A stretch of DNA of 64,000 bases from Guillardia theta CCMP2712 (GCF_000315625.1 NW_005434644.1:574998-638997), one strand, 5' to 3'; positions 24,657-37,120 are shown, counted from the stretch's first letter. Made by a program: numbers and translations. The notes: generated by a model not told the origin, from the letters alone.

Positions 24657-25221
24657 GGAGGGAGAGTATCGAGATGAAAGTCAGGTGTATAATAGGCAGC
24701 ACGTGTGTAGACATTGAGACATTAATACGGTGAATCTAAGTGAAAATTTTCGCTGCATTTGCCTTAAGATAGTCGATATCAGACACATCAACACTCAAGT
24801 CATGTAGACAACCTGTAAATAGTTGCTGTGCCATCGGGTAGGAAAACGACCTGTTGTGAGAAATCTCTCTATGAATGCATCGCTTTAGAATCATGATCTG
24901 TTCTTGCATCAACACGATCAACAAGCACCTGTTCTCGAGAGTGTCGGTGTTTTCTTGGAGCAGCAGCGTCGGATGCACCTGCCCTTCTCATGACTTTCTC
25001 AAAACTTCCTTCAGCCATGTAAGACTCGCACTCCACCGGCCTCCTCCTCTCTATGAATCTGAGAGACTTTCATAAGCATGAAACTGCAAATCAATCTCGA
25101 ATAAAAGTAATCAAGCCAAAATTTACAAGGCACATTAGATTAAGTAGATCATTCATTCTCTCAATGTCTACACAAGTGCTGCTTATTATACACCTGACTT
25201 TCATCTCGATACTCTCCCTCC

Positions 25222-25573
25222 TCAATCCCTCCACGATCCTGCTGCTGCTGTAACGTTCTTGAAGGATCCCCCCGGTGAGCTATCCCCGCCGTCCAGCAAC
25301 CACGTCCTTCTCTTGAGCATCCCCTGCTTCCTGCTGCTCTCCTGTAGTCGCACTCCCCGCTTCTTCGCCTCCAGCACTGCCGCAATCAGCTCCTCACCCC
25401 GCGACTCCACTCGCACTGCTCCTGCCGGGAGCTCAGTCGCTCTCCTGCCGTCGGAGGGCTTGTTGGCGTCGACGAATGCCCGCTGTGCTGGGGAGAGCTT
25501 GAGAGAAGGACGGGGACGGGAGGAGGGGAGGGCGCGAGAGAGGCCGAGGTCGACGAAGGTCACCGAACAGCAT
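25222..25573 (-). CDS. Small orphan gene, copy 2 (inverted duplicate)
   Basis: Reverse-complement copy of 24305-24656. Confidence 0.4.
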
Positions 25574-25584
25574 GGCATGGTTCA

Positions 25585-25960
25585 CGGTTGAGTTAAGCCG
25601 CAGCGGCGTGAGGCGGTCTGTCCGCGCCGCGCCGGTGCGTCCGCGCCGCGCCGGTGCCGCCGGGCGCAAGTTAGCCTACCGTACGGTAGTACAAGCGGCC
25701 TAGCGTCTAGAGCTGATATGGTCTAGCGTTTAGAGCTGATATGGTCCTCAGGGCCTAACTCAGTTTACGACACGACTGATCCGATGACCGTCAGATGGTC
25801 CCGTGGCCAGTCAAAACCCCACTGGCTCCGGTCACGAGGAGGCCTGACGGTCAAGCAGCCTCGTGTCACAAGGCGTCAAAACTCTTAGCCTGGCACGTGG
25901 CGATGGTACCGGGTCACCGGGTGACCGACAGACTCAGTTGACTAGGCGGGCCTGAGTGGT
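25585..25960. other. GC-rich CCGG island containing a 23-bp tandem duplication (25700-25745)
   Basis: ccgcgccgcgccggtgc x2; ctagcgt(c/t)tagagctgatatggt x2; gggtcaccgggtgacc palindrome. Confidence 0.55.
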
Positions 25961-26151
25961 TGAACAGAGCAACTGCCAAGTGAGGCAGGCTCGGAGTGGA
26001 ATGATGAATCTGCGTGATCGTTCCTCCATGCTGCAGTCGGGAGAGAGAGAGACGAGAGGGAGACGATGGCTGCAACTCTGATGGCATCGTAGAGCATCCA
26101 GCCAGTGTCAAGTGAATCTCCTCTGTTGCACACTTCGATCAAGCCCCGCAC

Positions 26152-27483
26152 ATGTCGCCAGAAGATATAGCAAGGAGGGAATGCGCTCGCCTCGAAACGT
26201 GGAGTGATGTGGATCAGAGATCGATCGTCGTCGATCCGTTGAAAGGAGGGATGTCCAATAGCATGTTTGTCTGTCGGTCCGCAGGTACTTTTCCTTTGCA
26301 TGCGCTATCGGAGGTTGAGACGATTGCCAGGGAACATGGCGGTAGTTCGATTTTTCGGTCAGATGGGAGGATTGATAGATCGGAACGAAGAGGTCCAAGT
26401 GTTCCTCGAGATGTCACGGAGGAGACTGGGCCCGGCATGTCTGGGGATGATATACTCCGATGAACAACAGCCCTCCCCTCCTGCAAGTGGCAAGGCTGAG
26501 AGCGAGGGCCGCCCGGCTGCCTTGCCCATCGGACGCATCGAGGAGTTTCTGCAAGGATGGAGGACCCTTGAACCCAGCGACTACCGCGACGACGTCATGA
26601 TCGGGACGATTGTGACGAACATGAAGAAATGGCACCAGACTCAGGTGCAGTCGGTGACTTGCAAGCCTCGCATCCTCCAAGATCTCCGTCGCATGCTCCG
26701 CAAGATCGCTTCAAACGATGGCGAAGTGTTTGAAAAACTTGCAAGTTTGGGGTATGAGGGCAAAGCTGACGTTGTTGGACAAGCAACCAAGTTCGTTGAG
26801 GTTGGTCTTGCTTGTTTAAGTCCTCTTCCTCAGTGCATGTCTGTAGGAATATGCAAGTATGACCTTGAGAGAAGAGGAGCTTGGCTTCTGCCACAACGAT
26901 CTCCAATATGGGAATGTCATGGTGAAAGAATCGACGAAAGAGCTCACGTTCATCGATTTTGAATACAGCGGGTACAACCCCATCTACTGTACGTCCACCC
27001 TTTGTTTCGACCAAGTCTCACCGTGGGACTGCAGACGACATGGCGAACTTTTGGTGTGAGATGGCGGCTGACTACACAGAGGGCGTCTATGGGTGCGGAT
27101 TCCACCAGCCTCTTGGCCCAGAAGGGTTTCCCAGCGAGGAGACGCAAAGGGCAACCGTGAGACGCTACCTGAGCGCAGGAGGAGAGAAGCCGAGTGAGCA
27201 GGAGATAGAGCGTTGGAGGTCCGGTGTTGCATGTCGCCGGATGTCGCTGACTGTCTGGCAGGATGCAGGCTCTCCGTTGGGTGACAGCAAGCCACCTCTT
27301 CTGGGGGCTGTGGGGGCTGCTGCAGGTGACGTCAGCTTTGCTCCGGGTGTTTCTGACATGCTCTGGTTGAGTTAGGCCGAGAATGTCTCGAAACCGTTCG
27401 AGGAGGGTGAGTTCAACTATGTGCTATATGCTGAGAACCGCCTGTCTGCCTTTCAACGTGATTGGGGCCTAGCGGGGCAATGA
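26152..27483 (+). CDS. Choline/ethanolamine kinase
   Basis: [30 protein letters not shown], Brenner motif [12 protein letters not shown], choline kinase motif [31 protein letters not shown]. Confidence 0.92.
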
Positions 27484-27497
27484 GAGGCTCTCTCTAT

Positions 27498-29317
27498 TCA
27501 TATGAACTCGGAAGAGAAGCTGCGGGTGCGGCTCATGAGCGAGTGTGTACGGCTAAGATCCTGCGATGTGTCGTCGTCTACCAGATCGTCTTCATCTTCT
27601 TCTTCATCTCCGGCCGCGATCTCCTCCAATCTTGCCTGCAGCCGCTCAACAGTCGCCTGGTCGTGCGTCTCGATCGCTTTCTTCAGCTCCTGCGCGATCG
27701 CCATCACCTCCTCCTTCTTCTCCTGGTCTTGTCGGAAAGCTTCTCGTAGCTGGAGAGCTTTCAACACGTCCTCGCCCTCATACAAGTGCTCGTTCCTCGG
27801 AGTCAAGAGGAGGTGAGGTACAGTGCCGCCTCGTGGCGTCCTTGTGAGCATCTGGAGAATCTCACGAGGGGAGTGTCTCATTTTAGAGTCCAAGGGCGTC
27901 CTCGACATCTCCGGGATGTATCGCTGCAGGCCCACATCCCACTTCTCGCTCCGCCACGTCGACACCTTCCCAGGCTGCGCCGTCGCGTTGTTGTACGTCC
28001 AGATTGTGCCTTTGGGAGCTGTCTTCTCGGCGATGAGCCCGAGGGCATAGGAGGCAGCTCGTCGGACTTCAACCTTCTCGTCTCCCAGGGATTTCTTGAG
28101 AGTCTCTATGGCCTCATTGCTGTTGATGGTGCTCGTCATGCCCAACGCATGACACGCGACCAGGCGGATCTCCCAGTCCGGCCTGCCCTTGTCTCGGGCC
28201 CATCGCTTGGAGTACTCTTTCATCATGATCAACTTCTCCTGCACGCAAGTAAGAGAGCTCACAGTCAGATGTCACCCACCAGAACTTCTTCATCTCCCTT
28301 GACTACAACTGCGTCTAGCGCATTCAACGCTTCCTTGCGGACCTCTGCATCTCCGTCTGATAAGGCTTCGACCACATGGCTCACAGGAACAGGCGCTCCT
28401 CTCACAGAGTTCGCCGCAATGGCAGCGATGGCGCGGGCTCGGCAGGTCGGGTCCACGTCCTTTACGTGCTTGAACAGCTCGCTCATGGCAATCGCGTCCC
28501 CCATGCTCATGCAGCGGCCCAGCACCTCCATGGCGTCTGCTCGGATGGCAGGAGCCTCCGACCGCATCGCCTCCACGATGCCGTCTCGTATCTCCACGTA
28601 TCCTTCATCCCGCAGAGCCGCGTCGTCCGTTTGGCTGCTGTCCGCCGCACTACCATGCTCATCGCGCCCGCTGCTGGAGGTGATGAAGCGGTCTGGGATG
28701 TCGGAGGAGCGGGAGAAGCCTGTCATCGGTCTTGTCTCCTCAATCACCACCTCCAGATCCTCCCCGAGATCATGAAACTTTGAGTTTCTTGGCTCGTAGA
28801 TGCTCCGCTGCTCCCCCATTGGGCTATGACGAGGACTGCTAGTTCTCACCCTCCCTCCTCCCTTGTGCTCTTTGATGAGAAACTCCAGCGCCCTAGCAGC
28901 TGCCTTGCGAACCATCCACTCGTCATGCGTCAGGAACCTCAAGGCGCCGGGGGCAAGACGGAGGTCGCCAGCTCTAGAGACGTAGGGGATGATCTCGAGG
29001 AGGGGGAGGACCTTGATCCACTCCCCTGCATGCCGCTGCAGCAGCTTCAGCAGCTGGTCGATGAGGATGCTGTTGTGCTGCTCGTCTCGCTTCCCCACGG
29101 ACCTCAGGGTGTCCCTTGCCAACCGGATGGCGTTCTCGTCGGAGCAGCTGGCGGAGATGAGCTTCTGCACGGCTCCTGCGATCTCATCTCTGATGCTCGC
29201 GCGAACCTGCGGCGACCGCATCCCCACACAAGGAGAGCGACCGGCGCTAGTCCGCTCCTGCCATGTCCTCCAGGCAACTGTCGGTTCGTCCGTTACAACC
29301 GGTGCTGGCGCAGTCAT
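27498..29317 (-). CDS. HEAT/ARM-repeat protein
   Basis: Repeated units HDEWMVRKAAARAL, DVDPTCRARAIAAI, DGDAEVRKEALNAL, DWEIRLVACHALG, DEKVEVRRAASYALG. Confidence 0.8.
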
Positions 29318-29439
29318 GCCGCACTAGTATCGAGACCCTCATACAGCTCTCTCACCGGACGGTTTTCTTGGCTGGTTTTCTTGTAGGAAGTTTCTTGTCA
29401 TTTTTAATGATTCACGGGGCAGTTCTAGGTGAAGTAGAC

Positions 29440-30402
29440 ATGGCCCTCGCCGACAGGAGGACCGGCAGGCCAGATTCGATCAGAACCATGCAGATTTCGG
29501 CTGGTTCATCCTCGCACCATTCATCCCTGGTCGCGTCGCTGTGCTCGATGTTTCACACCTGGGCTCACATGAGCATAGAGTGAGGAGGAGGAGGAGGTTT
29601 GTAATGTCACCTTGGGCTCTTCCTCGTCCAAGACTTGGGCCTGATAAAGTCAAACATCGCAAAATGTCATCAGACGGAACAGGCGAACATAGCCGTGGAC
29701 ATCACCAGTACTTCCCATCGAAGATCCTCTCCCAATCCTCCGGCGAGATGGGATCTTGCTTTTTTCTTCGCTCTCTTGCTCGTTCCTTCTCTCTCCTCTG
29801 CAGCAAGAAGCGGTATCAGAACAAGGAGCAAGACGCCAGCACTTTTCTCACCGCTGCCTCCCGCATTGCCTGAAGCTTCGCAGCTCTTCGTTCGATCTTC
29901 TCAGTTTTCTTGCGCCTTTCCTCTTCCTCCAGCTGAGAAGATGTCACAATCTGAAAGCAGAAACGGTGCGGAAGACCTTTTCTCTCTTGATACGTCGCTT
30001 CATCTGTTTGTTCTTGTAGGACTCGAACTTGTCGTTTCGCTCTCGCTGCCGCCTTTCGCGTTCCGAAGCCTTCTCTGTTGTCGTCCTGCCCCTCATCTGA
30101 TCACTTCAACCAGTTTGACGGCTCCTCATGCAGCAGATGCATGGCAGCGATGAAGAACAGAAGCGTCGACTCACCTATGATGTACATCCCGCGGGTTGAA
30201 GAAAGTCTCAATGTTCTCCATCGAAGTCTTCATGTTTGTCCAAGCGTCCTCACTGAAGGTTGTCTGGTCCCGAATCAAGACGGGTAGGGCAGCGGCAGGA
30301 GAGCCGGGCGTACCTTGGATCGAGACGCTTTATAGGCCTTGTCCGCTTGTTTGCGGAATTCCTTGGCGTACTGCCATGAGTCCCAACTTGCGCCTGAAGT
30401 GA
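29440..30402 (+). CDS. Possible hypothetical protein (exon structure unresolved)
   Basis: Coding-like GT/AG-bounded segments between a divergent and a convergent gene; no motif recognised. Confidence 0.25.
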
Positions 30403-30417
30403 AATACAATCACATCT

Positions 30418-31265
30418 CTAGTCACAGCCTCCTCTTCCCCCACCAGGATCTTTCGGATCGTAATGGGTTCGAGGACCCTGATCCTTCTCCTCCTGCACAG
30501 AATCCTCTGTGCTCGACTCGCGCTCCTTTCCTTTGAAAACGTCAAGCCAGGGCATGGGGGGTGCAGGTTCATACGCTGAGGTGGCCTGCTGAAGTCTGGT
30601 GTGCTGTAGCAGCTTGGTTGAGGCAGGACTCACGTCAGGAGAGAGAGACGTCTCACCTTCGCTGCGGCGGCCTGCTCGCGCTGGTCTGACTTGAACTTGT
30701 TTGACTGCACCAGAGGGATCAAGAGCGAAGTCCCAGCAGCGGCCCACCTCCGTATCCCGAAGAAGCTCTCTTCAAAGTCTCTTCTCTTCACGGGATCTTT
30801 CAGCGTTTCGTATGCATTGTTCAACCTTGCCGTCATGACCTGTAGAACATTACCTTTGGTGTCTCGTCAACGCAAGGAATTCTTAGGCAGACCTGCGCAC
30901 TGGCTTCTTTGCCCCTGTTTTTGTCAGGGTGATATTTCAAAACAGCCTTCCGATATGCTTTCTTGATCTCAGCATCGGTTGCTGTTCGCTACTCAACAAG
31001 TAAGTCCCAACTGTGACCAGAGAGACAGAGTGCAGGAGGGGAAAGAAATGCGGATCTCAGTGCAATTCGTCATCGCAACGTGACGATGTCTAAACGAACA
31101 TAGAGGATGAAATTTCGTGACAAGCAAAGTCACCTTAACGCCCAGCACTTCATACCAGTCTTCTTGCGCCTGTCTCAATCCCAAACATTGCGATTGCGAC
31201 AACATCAACCAAATAATCAATACCGATGCCAACAAATGCTTCGGCCGAATGATTGCAAACGACAT
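30418..31265 (-). CDS. J-domain (DnaJ) protein with signal peptide
   Basis: Hydrophobic leader then EDWYEVLGVK|RTATDAEIKKAYRKAVLKYHPDKN...|LNNAYETLKDPVKRRDFE; HPD motif intact. Confidence 0.9.
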
Positions 31266-31822
31266 CTATCGTTTCAATGGAGACTGAAGAATGCACCGAC
31301 CGAACAGTCCTCAGTCATCAGCACTGATTGAACTTCATGATGAATCGGCTTAAATTGTCCATCTATTTGTTTCCTTCAAGGGAGCTTCTCAACAGAATCC
31401 CGTCCTTCAGCCTCGGATTTCGAAGTCAACGGCCATGGTGGTCAGCTTGACGACCACGATGCTCATTCAGAGACTGGAGGAGACCCTCTGCTCACAGATC
31501 TCTCTGATCTCCTTCCACACGCGCCATTTCCCCTCTCATCGCATGCCGACTATGTGTGGTCCACGCGCTCGAACCCAGCAGATCCGCATGGCAGAGTTCT
31601 CACGACCCTCCCCGTTGCTGGTTAGATCCTCCCAAGAGCTGTCTACCTGGTTAGATCCTCCCGAGAGCTGTCTAGCTCCTTCATCTCTCCCTCCATCTTC
31701 CCCCTCCCCCTCCCCCTCCTCCCCTCCCCCCTCGCAGCATGCGCCTCAGCGTCACTAGCCGCATTTCGCAGCCATAGAAAGTCCGGGTGGGGCTATGAGA
31801 TTTATTCTCCCCCAAAAACGCC

Positions 31823-34226
31823 ATGGCGGCCGCGTACAAGCGTACGCACAGGTGAGGGGGGAGGAGGAGGGGGGGAGGGAAGAGGGAGGAGAGCAAGGCA
31901 TGCTCTTCCCAGTATGTCTGAGATGATGGGGATGAGGGGATGGGATGTGCTGCCACTTCCTCTACGTGAAGATTCTCCACGCTGACTTTCCCTCTCCTTC
32001 TTGACTTTCAGCGCAATGAACAGCAGGGTCTTGGTGAGTGGAGGGAGCCTTGAAGAAGAGGTTGGGGACAACTGCGATGATATTGACTTGTTTGTTTGTT
32101 GCTGCCAGATCCCTGCCTTCGCTATCTCAGGCGGGAAGGTCGTCGGCGGAGGAAGCTTCCCGGAAGATCCTTTCGAGGCTGTGAAGACACTCGGACTTGT
32201 TGGTGAAGTTATGGTCTTTGATCAAGATGCCGAGGAGGGGAAGGATGTGAGAGTTGTCAATATCTGCCCATGTCTCTGACAGCACTGCAGAACTCAACCA
32301 ACGCAGCTGTGCTTGACGCTCTCCTCGATCTGTTGCCGTATTCTCCACGCCCAACTATAAGCAATTATTTGATGATTGGCATTGCAGATGCAGACTCAGA
32401 GGAGGATTCGTGACCAACGAGAAAGTCTATGACTGGCTTGACAAAGGAGCCACTCAGGCAAGCGAAAAGATTGATGTCTGTCCTCGCCATGAGCGTCTTG
32501 TCAGGTCATTGTGGACTACAAGGAGAGCAACATGGGTTTTCTCGATGGTGTTCCCAAGGAAAGAATCACGCTGGCGGTCAAACTCAAGTGAGCTACCTCA
32601 ACATAATCGTCGAGCTCTCACTTCCTCCTCTCCCTCCTCCTCCGCAGCGCGTCTGGGAGTGGAGAAGCTATTCTTTCCGACGGCAAGTCACTGAAGGAGG
32701 TGAACCGACTGAGAGTCAAGTTGTTGATGACATACCCACCAGGCCATGTCTGAGATCTCCTATTACGCGAATCGTGATACCTCCTGACCCCACTACCCGC
32801 CCTTGTCACTGAGGGCATCACAGGGGTCGTCCTTCAGTTCGACCACGGTTTTGACCGCAAGGTGTGACGTTTTCAGTTTCCCTTGGCTGCTCTGCGGATT
32901 GAAGTTTTTACCTCAAGGTCGTCGAGTCAGCGAAAAGCCTTCTTGAGAAAGGAATGATGCTCAACGTGCTGAACCCACCGACGACTGATGATGTATCTTC
33001 GCTTCCAACCCTCTTGCCTTGCACGGACTGACCTGATTGTTCTTGAAAGATTGCTTTCCTCGACAGTCTTGGCGTTGAGTCGATCCTGGGGACATGTTTG
33101 CAAGACGGGTCCATGACGATCCCCGAGGTAGGTAACGTAACTCAAGTCAGAGGGAAGTAAGTCTGGTCCCCAGGCGTTGAAAGCTGTCTTGGTCTCTGAC
33201 CGACCCGACGGTCTGATCCCAACAGTGGTGAGGAGAATGAAAGCGAACACGAACGTTTGTCTCATGCTTGTCAGGTGGTCGACGAGGATATGGTCACTCT
33301 GGGTCTCTGCTATTCCAACCTCGAGAGCTTGGCGGAAGCGTTCAAGAGATCGGTCGGGGTGTACTGGAGGTGAGTTACGTTTCTCCTCATTCTTAGGATC
33401 GCATGACAAACATTCCCGGCAGCCGGACGCGAGGCCTGTGGATCAAGGGGCTGACTTCAGGAGCGACACAGGTGGACGTCTGCTATCGCAGCTGGCAAGT
33501 TCGTGACCGCCTTGCAGGAGCTGCTGCGGGTTGACTTAGACTGCGATCGGGACTCAATGCGGTTAGAGCCCTCTCTCGCTCGAGGGTCGGTATTGACTCC
33601 TGCTGCTCAAGCTTCGTCGTCCGACAGTCAGGATCTGGTTTCTGTCACATGGAGCAGGTGGACGGGGGCTAGAGGGTTGGGCCGATATGACGGATATGTT
33701 GTGTAGATGTCATGTTTTGGAGAGGATCATGGGACCTTGGGCGCACTTATGCGGACCCTCATTGATCGGAAGAACAATGCTCCAGCTGGATCATACACCA
33801 AGAGATTGTTCGACGACGATGTCTTGTTGAAATCAAAACTTCTGGAGGAATGCGAAGAGCTGCTCGCTGCCAAAGACAACAAGGAGGCATCAGTTCGCTG
33901 CTTGTCCTCGTGCTCGTTCTCACAGATCCAATCAGGTCGCATGGGAAACTGCCGATGTGATCTACTTCGCCTTCGCTGCATGCGGTTACCTCCTCATGCG
34001 TCGTCTCCTGCTCTCCTCACTCGCCTGCAGCCCGTCATGGTGTGGATCTGGCCAAGGTTCAACGCAATTTGTCAAGAAAAGCTCTGCGTGTACGAAGGTC
34101 GCTTGTCCTTGTGCTTGTGCTTTGAATTGCATCATGACTGTCATGCTCAGACGCCCGGGTAACGCGAAGCCGCCTGGCTGGAAACCTGGCGACCCTTCGC
34201 CAGATGCGGGGCAAAACCCAAAGTGA
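31823..34226 (+). CDS. hisIE: Bifunctional HisIE (PR-AMP cyclohydrolase / PR-ATP pyrophosphohydrolase) with degenerate HisA-like N-terminal domain; HIS4-type lacking HisD
   Basis: SDRPDGLIPTV, LGLCYSN, YWSRTRGLWIKGLTSGATQ, DCDRDS, GFCH, SCF, APAGSYTKRLF, KLLEECEEL, VAWETADVIYF, LSRKALRVRRRPGNAKP. Confidence 0.92.
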
Positions 34227-34639
34227 AGAGGGAGAGAACAGCGCAAGACTCGCTATCAGCTGGAGGAGATGGATTGCAAAGAACACTAGATTAAATCTTT
34301 GTTTTCAACTTGCTCACCAGACCAACAATACTTTCCTACATCAGTCCCTGCAGTGGAGCTGGTGTGTTTGCTGGGATACCGGCTCCATGCGCGGTCGACA
34401 TCCTCCACCTATCACAATAGAACCTAGCCAGCATCATGAGCAAAAGGCAGATATTCGGAGCGAAAGTGAAAAGAGCATGGTACGGTCAGGGAACAAGATG
34501 GTGAATGATGTTGTTATAGATTATGTGATGTGATGTGATGTGATGGTTATTACGTGCAGTTTGATCTTTTCCCGCCAGCCATCTCGTCGTTTCCTGCATA
34601 CATCCCCTCCCACTGCTGCGCCATCTTGAACGCCATAGC

Positions 34640-34985
34640 AGGGATCCCGACCCCGAATCAGGAACCCAGGGGTGGTTTTGCCCAAGGGGTAGTTTGTGTA
34701 TGGGGGTATTTCTCCGCATCATGGTGCTATGGTTGGAAAAAGGTGGGGTACAACTATTTTGAAAGAGGGGGTTGTGGTTCGATGACCAACCCAGAGGGGT
34801 CGGGTAGAGAGTTCCTAAAACGGGAGGAGACTGGGAACTTTGTAGGGTAGTCGAAGAGTTGAGCCTGAAAATTATAGGTGGGGGTGTTTCTTTACCCCTT
34901 CTACTCAGATAAATTTAATCTAAAATGAGGGGGTAATGTACTATTTTATAGGGTACTTCCCAAAAGATGGGGGTGAGTGTGGCGC
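34640..34985. promoter_or_regulatory. GGGT motif cluster in intergenic DNA
   Basis: Numerous ggggt/gggta words, no ORF; same vocabulary as clusters at 13.7, 19.6, 45.0 and 59.0 kb. Confidence 0.4.
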
Positions 34986-35424
34986 AGGGTTGTAAATGTT
35001 GACAGCGCCGCATGGTGGCAGGAAGAGACAAGTAGGAGGATGGAGAGGAGGAGGAGGGGCAGGAGGAGCAGGAATGTAGGTAAAAGGAGGTAAATTCAGA
35101 GAGGCTGTTCAGAGAGACGAAGATGGAAGAGAGGGAGAGGAGGGGGAGAGGTCGATGAGGAATTGAAGGTAAACATGTGGAATCGGAGGAAATCATGAAT
35201 GTGGTGTAAGAAACGAGCAATGTGAGGAGATCACTAGATTTTATTTCAATTGTGAGTCTGAAATTGTCGAACGAAATCTGGTTCATTTAGGTCCCAAAGG
35301 AGTTGAGGATCAAAGAAAGGGATCAAAGAAAGAGTTCAAAGTTGTGGAAATGAACGCTACTAGTTTGCACAATCTGGAGTTACCACTGTGCTTTCTCTTT
35401 TTTTGACTTTCCTCATCGTTCAGG

Positions 35425-36839
35425 ATGAGGGCGACAATGGCCAGTGAGGAATCAAGCTTCAGCAGGAATACAAGAGCATTGCGAATCGCACTGCTCTCCG
35501 CCACCTCTGTTGCTTTGTTGGCGATCCTGGCCATCACTTTCTTCACTTCTCCCAAGGAAGAGGTATTATCGTGCACGCAGTCGTCCAGGGATGATATGCA
35601 AGAGCGCTGAAATCTTGCCGCTTGCAGGCTCATGCACAGGAGCTCATGTACGGGGGCCCGCTTTCGTTCGACATGGTCCATACCCACATCCTCAACATGA
35701 AGATGCGCCGCTCGCGGCTCAAGGAGAGGCTCAAGGAGGCCGCCTTGAAGAGAAAGGATAGAGAGCTTGCGCACGAGCACGGCTTCACCAGTGGAGGAGC
35801 CAAGGTCTCCTTGCCTTCTCCCTGCGAACAAGAGCTGACCATGTTGCTTTCGCTGCAGATGGGTTCGACTCCTCCTCTCCAGCAGCAAATGTTCCAGCAG
35901 CCTCAGGGAGCTCCCATGTACCCCGGACAGCCTCAGATGCAGCAGCCCATGTACGGAGGATATGCTCCTCCTCAGCAGGTATGCGGTGGACTTGACGCTC
36001 CCCCTTAATCTGAATATTGGCTCAGCCGATGTATCAGCAGATGCCGCAGCAGCCCATGCAGCAGATGCCGCAGCAGCCCATGCAGCAGATGCCGCAGCAG
36101 CCCATGCAGCAGATGCCTCCTCAAGGATACGGGCAGCCTCCACAGCAGCAGGTTTCGACTGATTCTCCCACTGCGCATCAAGCTGAGAGTGAAACTCAGA
36201 TGTATCAGCAGCAGCCTCCCATGAACTACGAGCAGCCGCCTGAGGTGAATATTCTGAAGTGGTGAGACCAGAGCTGATGTGCTTGCAGGTCGAACAGCCA
36301 TCTCCCATGTATGCACAGATGCCGCAAGCCCCAGCCTATGGGCAGGTTGGTTTAACTGCCTGTGCTTCGACGGCATCCTGACGTCCGTTGTTATCAGCAG
36401 CCTATGTATCCTCAGCAGATGGCCCCAGGCCAGGCACCCCAGCTCGCGCAGGTTGGTGGACTACCTCGTTCACCTTGGACAGACTTGAGTCGGACTGATG
36501 GATGGCCATCGCAGATGCCTCCTGCTAACCCCTGGGGTGGTGCCCCCATGGCCGCTCAGGGTCTCACCCAGTCAGTTCCTGTTGATGGACCCACGGAGTC
36601 CAGCGCTGAGGACAAGATGCAGCAGCGTGCTCAAGCTGCCGCATCCATCCAGGTGATTGAAACTTTCCTCCCCCTTCCTGTATGGTCTCTTATGCTTCAA
36701 AGCCTTGTGACAACGTTTTGATGTGCAATATCTCATTTCTCCACGCACAATCTTTTTCTGCTCAGAGCTGACTATTGTTTTCCTTTGTTAGGCGTACGAG
36801 GCTTATATGCACGGAGCTGCCCCTGCGGCAAAGAAGTAA
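35425..36839 (+). CDS. Signal-anchor protein with Q/P/M/Y-rich low-complexity domain
   Basis: TM ALLSATSVALLAILAITFF; HAQELMYGG; basic helix; exons of PQQPMQQM repeats; ends AYEAYMHGAAPAAKK-TAA. Confidence 0.8.
36035..36120 (+). repeat. Coding 24-bp tandem repeat (QQMPQQPM) x~3.5
   Basis: cagcagatgccgcagcagcccatg repeated. Confidence 0.9.
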
Positions 36840-37120
36840 CAAGCAGTACGCTAACTCGGACATTTCTATTCCTGATCAGCTGTTATTCCTTTAACCCTTT
36901 CCTCCCTCTCACGCTTACAGCAGTAAATCAACCCTTGAATCTAGTGTTCTCTGCAGATGCCAAATGTGAAGATGAAGGCAAAGGTCAAAGTGACCGCAAC
37001 ATAACAAGGGGCATATCACCAACGATTACCCATGTACTTAGACACAACCATATCTGTTTCAAAGCTTCCTACCCCCTCACCCTCCAAATGTTCGCCCTCT
37101 TCTTCTCCATCGCCGACACC

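Larger units (their letters stand above)
24294..25584. repeat. Inverted repeat: 426-bp arms (24294-24719 and 25159-25584), 439-bp spacer
   Basis: Arms are reverse complements with about 4 substitutions by eye; mirrored ORFs in the ORF track (24300..24656+ vs 25222..25578-). Confidence 0.95.

Noticed and set aside
24294-25584. TIR/foldback transposon interpretation of the inverted repeat
   Set aside because: No target-site duplication (flanks ...catctcc / cggttg...), no transposase, and the arms coincide with a gene-like unit
27786-29386. Long + strand ORFs (329, 186 aa) opposite the HEAT gene; likewise 35310-36308 (-) and 61008-61814 (-)
   Set aside because: Antisense shadow ORFs of GC-rich coding sequence; the opposite strand carries the recognisable motifs and splice sites
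36035-36120. CRISPR-like or regularly spaced repeats (also 25700-25745, 31618-31675)
   Set aside because: Direct tandem units without unique spacers; eukaryotic context; no cas genes
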